Below are positions 1 to 6,534 of a stretch of DNA of 18,223 bases, piece after piece. Source of the stretch: Fidelibacterota bacterium. Lineage in GTDB: Bacteria > Fidelibacterota > Marinisomatia > Marinisomatales > S15-B10. The stretch lies in assembly GCA_002729175.1 (NCBI GenBank), contig PBTS01000032.1, positions 13,070 to 31,292 of the forward strand, in the 5' to 3' direction. How positions within the stretch are numbered: position 1 is the first letter of the stretch; each line of letters opens with the position of its first letter. The position numbers and the translations under genes are program-made. The notes under the pieces are model-generated. The model saw only the letters and a program-made list of their open reading frames with translations, had not been told where the DNA came from and searched no databases.

Positions 1-2375
1 ACCAATCCTCGACCGTATCGCTCATCAATCTCCGTAGGTGCCACCCGCCCGAAAACCGATGGATCGGGATTAAAGAAGGTACTTTTCATGCCTAGTGGTT
101 TAAAAATGTAACTGGAGGCGAGATCTTCAAAAACTTTCCCTGACACCTTTTCACAAATCTTTGCGAGAAGAATAGGACCGAAATCGCTATATCTGTATTC
201 TTCCCCCGGCTCATATACCAAAGGGCGTTGGATAATATCAGACAGAATATCATCAGCTGTAGAACCTAGCGGATACTCATCAAAGGGCTTCAGCCCGGCG
301 GAGTGGGTCAGTAGGTGCCGAATAGTCACTTTCTCTTTTCCGCCGCCAGTGAATTCAGGAATGAAATCTTTCACCGGCTCATCTAGCGGCAATATTTTTT
401 GCGCCACCAGCTTCATAGTCACACCCGTGGTAGCCACCACTTTCGTCAAAGAAGCAAGATCATAAATGGTCCCGGCTGTTACTGATGCGGATGAAGGATC
501 GTAAGTATGACGACCGGTCTGGTGCGTCCAGACAACATTGCCCTCCTTCAGAACAATGGCTGAGGCACCAGGAAAGATAGAATCGCTTACAGCTTTTTCA
601 AGAACGGATCGGGCGGCACTGAAATCGATCTTTTCTGATGACATGGCTAACGGTCTACCGATTATTCGTTTTACCCCATGTCCCTGAAGCAATGACGGAC
701 TGAGATCCACCGGAAGTGTGCCGGTAATGCTGGCACCACCAAACAGTGCATTAGCCATGGCCCGCATAGAAATTGAACCGTAGCCATAACCAGCCAGGTA
801 AGTGCCTATCTCATCTACATCACTAACGTATGGAGAACCAAATGAGACCACCACAACTGGTTTTCCCGTCTCTTGCAGTCTAGTTATAAGTTCACGATGT
901 GTTGAGTCAATGGTAAATGTGCCGAGAAACTCGGCAACGCGGATAAGCAGAGACACTAGGATATGATCAGAAGAATCAGTCTCCGCTACGATCTCTGAAA
1001 TCTGGGTTTCTGAGAGAGGTTGGTAATGAAACTGAGAATCTACATTGCCATGGAGTCGGGAGACGGCAGACCGAAAAGGAGTCGAAAAAGAAAGCATCCC
1101 TTCACTGGTGGCAAGGAGAATATGACTCATTTTCTTGCTGGCGCCTAAATGAATGGGAATATTATCGTTCTCATCCTTAACCAAAGTTATTGATTTTCGG
1201 GCCGCCTTGGCCGCTGATGAGGTATGCTGCCATCCGCTAAGAATATCCCTTGCGTGCTTAACGGAAACAGTGCGCTTATCCCACAAACCCATATTTCTCT
1301 TAGCCTGAAGAATCTTCCGAACCGATTCATCAATTCTTTCTTCAGAAAGCCGTCCGCTCCGGACAGCTGAAATTACACCGTCAATAGCTGTATCATATTC
1401 AATAGGAAGTAAGACAATATCAGAACCTGCCTCAATTGTTCGAATTGCCGCCTCAGCCGACCAGAAAGCTTCAGTAATACCACCCATTTCCATGGCGTCG
1501 GTTACGATGAGACCGTCAAATCCGAACTCTTCTCTAAGTATTTGACCGTTAAGTTTGTAGGATAAGGTTGCAGGCAAGCGACTCTCATCCATATCAGGAA
1601 TGGCAATGTGGGCAATCATCATCATTTTGACTCCCGCATCGACGGCATCTTTGAACGGGGCCAGATCAATTTTCCTGAAAGTCACCTCATCAGAGGTGAT
1701 GACCGGCAATGTGCTGTGTGAATCGACGCCCGTATCACCATGTCCGGGAAAGTGCTTGGCGCAAGCGATAAGGCCGTGATCCTGTGCACCCCTGATAAAG
1801 GCATTCCCGTACTTTGAAACGATTCCTGGCGAATCACCATAAGACCTGAAGTTGATGATTGGATTTTCCGGATTGCTGTTCACATCTACCACAGGTGAGA
1901 ATGTGACGTGAACCCCGATAGCACGTGCTTCCAGAGCCGTGATCTTACCCTGCTCGTAGGAAAGCTCCGGATCTCCTGTAGCTGCCATGGCCATATTGGA
2001 CGGAAAAAGCGTGGCACCATCAATCTTCTGACCCACGCCCCTTTCAAAATCGGCCGCTACAAGCAGTGGAATCTTGGGGAAGGACTGAAATTCATTCAGG
2101 TTCGCCACTGTTCCGTGAACTGACCCTACGAAAGTGATAACACCGCCGAGGTGGCGCTCAGTGATAAGCCGCTTCACCTTCTGAAACCTGCCGGCATCAT
2201 TGCGGTAAAAGTCACCGGTATACCTCACCATGAACATTTGTCCAATCTTTTCTTCAATATTTAAGTCACTTAAGGTAGGTTCTTTAAGTTCTACTTCAAT
2301 AGTTGGAGAAGGCGGCGTACAGTACCAGAGGGTAGTTAGTAGGATTCCTAATACCAGTTGCTTTGCACTATTCAT
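1..2375 (-). CDS. nagZ: GH3 beta-N-acetylhexosaminidase (NagZ-type) fused to a C-terminal beta-lactamase-family serine hydrolase (AmiE/class C-like); partial, 3' end lies beyond the left edge
   Basis: Manually translated from ATG 2375 (MNSAKQLVLGILLTTLWYC...), which overlaps the alr stop. The NagZ signature KHFPGHGDTGVDSH is at 1757-1716 and the GH3 nucleophile motif IVTDAMEM is near 1500. In the same frame are SxxK (YDLASLTK, 464-441), RHLLTHSAG (~320-295) and YSDFG (~190). The ORF track lacks it, consistent with no stop before the window edge. Confidence 0.9.
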   Translation of the reverse strand, partial: MNSAKQLVLGILLTTLWYCTPPSPTIEVELKEPTLSDLNIEEKIGQMFMVRYTGDFYRNDAGRFQKVKRLITERHLGGVITFVGSVHGTVANLNEFQSFPKIPLLVAADFERGVGQKIDGATLFPSNMAMAATGDPELSYEQGKITALEARAIGVHVTFSPVVDVNSNPENPIINFRSYGDSPGIVSKYGNAFIRGAQDHGLIACAKHFPGHGDTGVDSHSTLPVITSDEVTFRKIDLAPFKDAVDAGVKMMMIAHIAIPDMDESRLPATLSYKLNGQILREEFGFDGLIVTDAMEMGGITEAFWSAEAAIRTIEAGSDIVLLPIEYDTAIDGVISAVRSGRLSEERIDESVRKILQAKRNMGLWDKRTVSVKHARDILSGWQHTSSAAKAARKSITLVKDENDNIPIHLGASKKMSHILLATSEGMLSFSTPFRSAVSRLHGNVDSQFHYQPLSETQISEIVAETDSSDHILVSLLIRVAEFLGTFTIDSTHRELITRLQETGKPVVVVSFGSPYVSDVDEIGTYLAGYGYGSISMRAMANALFGGASITGTLPVDLSPSLLQGHGVKRIIGRPLAMSSEKIDFSAARSVLEKAVSDSIFPGASAIVLKEGNVVWTHQTGRHTYDPSSASVTAGTIYDLASLTKVVATTGVTMKLVAQKILPLDEPVKDFIPEFTGGGKEKVTIRHLLTHSAGLKPFDEYPLGSTADDILSDIIQRPLVYEPGEEYRYSDFGPILLAKICEKVSGKVFEDLASSYIFKPLGMKSTFFNPDPSVFGRVAPTEIDERYGRGL

Positions 2376-3477
2376 TCAGATATATCCTTTCGACTCTTTT
2401 ACCGCTCATAGCCGTGAAAAGTGTGTATGGATTTAGCCCGATATCTTTACTGATTTCTTCAACTGGAATGGCATTTTCATCATCTTTTCCCCAGATCAAC
2501 ACGGTGTCGCCTTCGGAAGGTTCACTATCTCCAAAGTCCACCATGAACTGATCCATGCATATCCGACCTGCAATTTTATATCGGCCTCCTTTCCAGCCAA
2601 CATATCCCCGCTCGAACCACGGTCTTGGCATACCGTCAGCAAATCCCACTTGAACCACCCCCAGCATGATGTCGGTTTCCGGACGATAAAGGGCACCATA
2701 GCTAATTGGTGTTCCTGCTTCCACACTTCTGACGAGAACAATCTTACCTTTGAAATTCATTACCGGTTCAATTGAAAGAGGGTTGATCATCTCTTCGGAA
2801 GGTTTTGCACCGTAAAATAGCATCCCCACACGCACCATATTGTAGAAAGAATCAGGCATATTAACCAATGCACCACTATTAGCAATATGTATCCAATTGG
2901 GCGAGCAAATTCCCCTGATTTGATCTACTGAATCCTCAAATAGTGTTTTCTGTTCGTAGGCAAATGATAAATCCCCTTCATCAGAAGTGGAGAGGTGGGT
3001 ATAAATACCTTCTGGTTGCTGACCAGCTGTGTCCAAAATTCGGTCGGTAACAGATGCAACTTCATCATGGGGTATTCCCAGCCTGGTCATACCTGTATCA
3101 ACTTTAATATGATACTTTGGTAAAGGTCCTCCCTTCTTGGATATTTCCTCAAATAAATCAAGATCTCCAAACCATGAAACATTAACAGTGATTGCATGTT
3201 CTACAGCAAGAGGAACAGCTTCACGGGTAAGACGCTCAAACATAATAACCTCACCCTTGATAGCGGCATTCCTCAGTTCCAACGCTTCGCCAATAGAAAA
3301 TACTCCAAAATAGTTTACACCCACTTTTTCAAGTACCTGGGAAACAGGAACAGCACCGTGACCGTAACCGTCGGCCTTTACAACCGCCAGCACCTCCGCA
3401 TTACCAACACGATCTTTAATGAGCCTATAGTTGTGAACAAGGCGACCGAGATATATTTCGGCAATAGGACTAGTCAT
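2368..3477 (-). CDS. alr: alanine racemase
   Basis: PLP-lysine motif AVVKADGYGHGA, plus HIKVDTGMTRLG, ISYG (catalytic Tyr region) and GRICMDQ; 369 aa. Confidence 0.95.
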   Translation of the reverse strand: MTSPIAEIYLGRLVHNYRLIKDRVGNAEVLAVVKADGYGHGAVPVSQVLEKVGVNYFGVFSIGEALELRNAAIKGEVIMFERLTREAVPLAVEHAITVNVSWFGDLDLFEEISKKGGPLPKYHIKVDTGMTRLGIPHDEVASVTDRILDTAGQQPEGIYTHLSTSDEGDLSFAYEQKTLFEDSVDQIRGICSPNWIHIANSGALVNMPDSFYNMVRVGMLFYGAKPSEEMINPLSIEPVMNFKGKIVLVRSVEAGTPISYGALYRPETDIMLGVVQVGFADGMPRPWFERGYVGWKGGRYKIAGRICMDQFMVDFGDSEPSEGDTVLIWGKDDENAIPVEEISKDIGLNPYTLFTAMSGKRVERIYLNE

Positions 3478-4408
3478 TTGAGACCGAGAACTTAACCAAT
3501 TCTTCCGGTTCCGCAGCTCCCGCCACGACTAGTCCACCAAATACAGCCGGAAAATCAGCCTTCCTCCAACCATCAAATTCTAGCCTGTTCATGAGCATAG
3601 TTCTATAGAAATGTGATTCTGTGATGACTGAACCGTGAAGGCCCAAATCACCGGAGAAGTCAATCTTTTCAATTAGCTCATCCACCAACTCCCGGAGTCC
3701 TTCAACGCCTGAGGCAACTATTTGATTGGCAATGAAATTCCCATTCTCAGCTAGCTTAAAGATCTCAGGTGTAAGGCCCGCCACAATTGACACACCTTCA
3801 CCACAAGACGCCTTTTCAAGGGCCTCTTCAAAACTGCTAACTCCGAAATGGTCTGTCACCAATTGTCTCAATTCGACAATCTCATCATCATTAGAGCGGT
3901 CTGCGGCGATGAGTTCAGTCAGAAGAGACTTTCCGAACCAATAGCCACCTCCTACATCCCCGCTTTGAAAACCAAAACCTCCAGCTCTCATCAATTTTCC
4001 ATCCTTATCTTCCCCAACCGCGATGGAACCGGTTCCTACAATGAGTGTCATACCAGGCCCTTCTCCCCAGATTGTTCTGTGTGCCAGTTCGGCATCAGAG
4101 ATCAGTTGCAAAGACGCTTGAGGAAAAAGTGCTTCACAGGTTTGTTTCAAGGTGGGCCGATATTTCGGGTGACTTATCCCCGCCATGCCCACAACACAGG
4201 TTTCAACATTTATTGCTTCTACATCAGTTTCAGAGAGTACTTTCTGCATTAGCTTTCTCAGCCTCTCAATGCCATCATCACCGTAAACATTGGGATTGGT
4301 TCCGCCTCCCCTCTTCAATAGTGCGGTTTTTAATGGTATATTTGCCAGAAGAACATCTGTTGAGCTGCCACCTCCATCGGCGGAAACAACCCAGTCGTCA
4401 GCCACCAT
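3470..4408 (-). CDS. BadF/BadG/BcrA/BcrD-family ASKHA kinase, probable N-acetylglucosamine/N-acetylmuramic acid kinase (NAGK/MurK-like)
   Basis: Phosphate-1 motif DGGGSST, plus GMAG, ISDA, IVGTGS and RAGGFG..GDVGGGYWFG; adjacent to nagZ and alr. Confidence 0.82.
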   Translation of the reverse strand: MVADDWVVSADGGGSSTDVLLANIPLKTALLKRGGGTNPNVYGDDGIERLRKLMQKVLSETDVEAINVETCVVGMAGISHPKYRPTLKQTCEALFPQASLQLISDAELAHRTIWGEGPGMTLIVGTGSIAVGEDKDGKLMRAGGFGFQSGDVGGGYWFGKSLLTELIAADRSNDDEIVELRQLVTDHFGVSSFEEALEKASCGEGVSIVAGLTPEIFKLAENGNFIANQIVASGVEGLRELVDELIEKIDFSGDLGLHGSVITESHFYRTMLMNRLEFDGWRKADFPAVFGGLVVAGAAEPEELVKFSVSND

Positions 4409-4862
4409 ACTCCTCCACCAGAAACTGTTTCAGATCTACAAAACTGTCAAATTCACCTTCGCAACAACCGAGAATCCAAGAGCTCACATCTTCAATAGAC
4501 ATATTCATTACTAGATAAACAGGAATCCCCATGCGATGGGCCAAGGTTACTTCTCCATGGGTTCCTCCACCCTTCAGAACAGTTTCGTCCCAGTAACAAA
4601 TAACATAATCGATTTCATTATTAATGGCATCCAGATCCCGCTTGATCAGTTTCCTCACAGCCAACTTGAATTTGGCGCGCTGATTAAGACGCCAGCTCCG
4701 GAAATTCTCAACCTCTTCGGCAGTCAGTGTTTCATTCTGTATCTCAACAGGATTAAAGACGGTGTGACCCAACTGATTGTTCAGCCATGCGGTCATCTCA
4801 TCTCGCCAAGCTCGGCCCAACTCCGGGGCATTTTCCATCCCGCCGGATAGGTAAGCTTTCAT
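4398..4862 (-). CDS. nucleoside 2-deoxyribosyltransferase-like / nucleotide N-glycosidase family protein
   Basis: N-terminal AYLSGGM, WR, VFNP, RDLDAI..DYV, GGGTHGE (putative nucleophile Glu104) and GIPVYLV match the NDT/Rcl(DNPH1)-like fold pattern; 154 aa. Confidence 0.72.
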   Translation of the reverse strand: MKAYLSGGMENAPELGRAWRDEMTAWLNNQLGHTVFNPVEIQNETLTAEEVENFRSWRLNQRAKFKLAVRKLIKRDLDAINNEIDYVICYWDETVLKGGGTHGEVTLAHRMGIPVYLVMNMSIEDVSSWILGCCEGEFDSFVDLKQFLVEEYGG

Positions 4863-5611
4863 TCAGTGGAAATGCGGGGGAACAGGAAACTGTTGACGAC
4901 AGTCCAGAGAGCTATTGTTCCTAATACCACAAGGATCAGGACCGGAGAAGAGTCCTGATTCAACAGCAGATCTCGGCCCATCTCGACAAGGATGGAAGTA
5001 GGGAGAACATGAAGCAACGGCTGAATCGCTGTGGGAAAAACATTAAGAGGAACAAACCACTCCGAACAGAAGCCGAGACTGAGAAGAAGAAGAAGAATTA
5101 CAATCTGGCTTGCAACAGCATCGCGGGCGAGAATTCCCAGAGTTAAACCTACCATGCCACCCAATAAAACAGCGAGAGCAACGAGGAAAAGGAACAGAAA
5201 CTGTCCAAAAAATGGGTAGCTGTAGCCAAGTAGAGTCTGGAGAATTCCCAGCGCCAGAAGCGACCTGATGATTCCCTCAGGCAACATTGAAAACATGAGG
5301 CTCATAACAGTTGATGTCGGCGTGTGAGGCGAAGCATAAATTGAACAAAAGAAACCGTTGATGCCTCTGTTATGAAAAAGATCATGAAAGAGAGCAATCA
5401 GAGCACCAGCAAATGCCACCATCAGAACTATTCCCGGAATCAACCAACCGAGCTGAGGGACACCTTGCAGCTTTGGTATACCTCCCGACAATCCAAAACC
5501 GAGAGTGATATATATGCCAATGGGTAGAAGCAAAGCCAGTGACAGTTCACCAATCCATCTATGCCTGAGTTGGGCTAACCGGCGATTCAGAAATGCCATA
5601 AAAAGGGTCAA
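4859..5611 (-). CDS. ABC-2 type transporter permease
   Basis: About six hydrophobic segments, PG motif after TM1, and FVPLNVFP..IQPL..VLP typical of ABC-2 permeases. TTG start overlaps the ATPase stop; ATG 5599 is an alternative start. Confidence 0.82.
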   Translation of the reverse strand: MTLFMAFLNRRLAQLRHRWIGELSLALLLPIGIYITLGFGLSGGIPKLQGVPQLGWLIPGIVLMVAFAGALIALFHDLFHNRGINGFFCSIYASPHTPTSTVMSLMFSMLPEGIIRSLLALGILQTLLGYSYPFFGQFLFLFLVALAVLLGGMVGLTLGILARDAVASQIVILLLLLSLGFCSEWFVPLNVFPTAIQPLLHVLPTSILVEMGRDLLLNQDSSPVLILVVLGTIALWTVVNSFLFPRISTE

Positions 5612-6531
5612 CGGATCGGCTCCTCGGTAGAAGTCATAATAAGCGTTTCAAGACCAACTTTATCAGCCGCATAGTCCACAAGTTCTTCCTGAATAGCCAG
5701 TTTCATAATGTCAAAAAAGACTTCCCGCTCCCTGGCATAAAAATCGAACACCTCTCCCACTTGGGATGGACTGACTACAGTGGTCACTTTACTCATGTTA
5801 TCATAAAGCTCTTTAGACAATTTTTTGAAGTGGATCTGGAAATGGAACAGTTCACCAGCATTCTCAAGAAGCCGATCAAGTTTACCATCTAGAGCCACTT
5901 TACCGTGGTCCATGATGACTAATCTGTCATGTACACGCTCAGCTTCACGAATGGACTGTGTGGTATAAATGATTGTTTTACTACCTCGCATATCTTGTAG
6001 AAAATCCCACACTTCGTACTGAGCGCGGAGATCTAATGAGGCAGTTGGTTCTTCAATTAGAAGAACATGGGGATCCGGAAGGAAAGTTCTGGCAAGGAGT
6101 GCTCGCTTCTGGTAGCCTGATGAAAGTGTATGAGGAAAATCATGAATGAATTCACGAAAACCGAGGCGGTCTGATAGAGAAGCGATTCGGTTGTTCAACC
6201 GTTGAGGTGTCATGCCGTACAGCCGGCCGTGAAACTGTAAATTTTCGAAAACGGTAAGTTGGGAATCGAAGTTGGCCCGTTGAGGCATATACCCCACTAC
6301 GCTGGCCGTTTCAATCCTTCGAAGCTGCACATCTTTCCCATCAATGAACACAGAACCGTACTCAGGTTTGGAGAATCCGGCAATGGTTTTCAACAGGGCA
6401 CTCTTACCAGAGTCGTTTGGACCCACCACAGCCATGATAGAACCACGTTCGATACCAAAAGAAAGACCCGCAAGAACGGACCGACCGTTTAGAACCTTAC
6501 CGACTTTTTTTAGAGATACAGAGGCTTCCAT
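5608..6531 (-). CDS. ABC transporter ATP-binding protein (DrrA/NodI-like ABC-2 type) with non-canonical motifs
   Basis: Walker A GPNDSGKS, Q-loop YMPQ, signature LSSGY, Walker B LLIEEP, D-loop SLD, switch TTQ; C-terminal extension; paired with the permease. Confidence 0.9.
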   Translation of the reverse strand: MEASVSLKKVGKVLNGRSVLAGLSFGIERGSIMAVVGPNDSGKSALLKTIAGFSKPEYGSVFIDGKDVQLRRIETASVVGYMPQRANFDSQLTVFENLQFHGRLYGMTPQRLNNRIASLSDRLGFREFIHDFPHTLSSGYQKRALLARTFLPDPHVLLIEEPTASLDLRAQYEVWDFLQDMRGSKTIIYTTQSIREAERVHDRLVIMDHGKVALDGKLDRLLENAGELFHFQIHFKKLSKELYDNMSKVTTVVSPSQVGEVFDFYAREREVFFDIMKLAIQEELVDYAADKVGLETLIMTSTEEPIR

Positions 6532-6534
6532 AAC

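Noticed and set aside
1..640. Beta-lactam resistance gene
   Set aside because: The SxxK domain is fused to NagZ in a cell-wall recycling context and has YSD rather than the AmpC YxN motif, so an amidase or esterase role is more likely.
5083..5097. (GAA)5 microsatellite
   Set aside because: It encodes a Leu run in a transmembrane helix of the permease; an in-frame triplet gives no evidence of phase variation.
6505..6511. A7 run (A AAA AAA) near the start of the ABC ATPase as a frameshift site
   Set aside because: It encodes Leu-Lys-Lys in an intact ORF, and I see no stimulatory structure or meaningful alternative-frame product.
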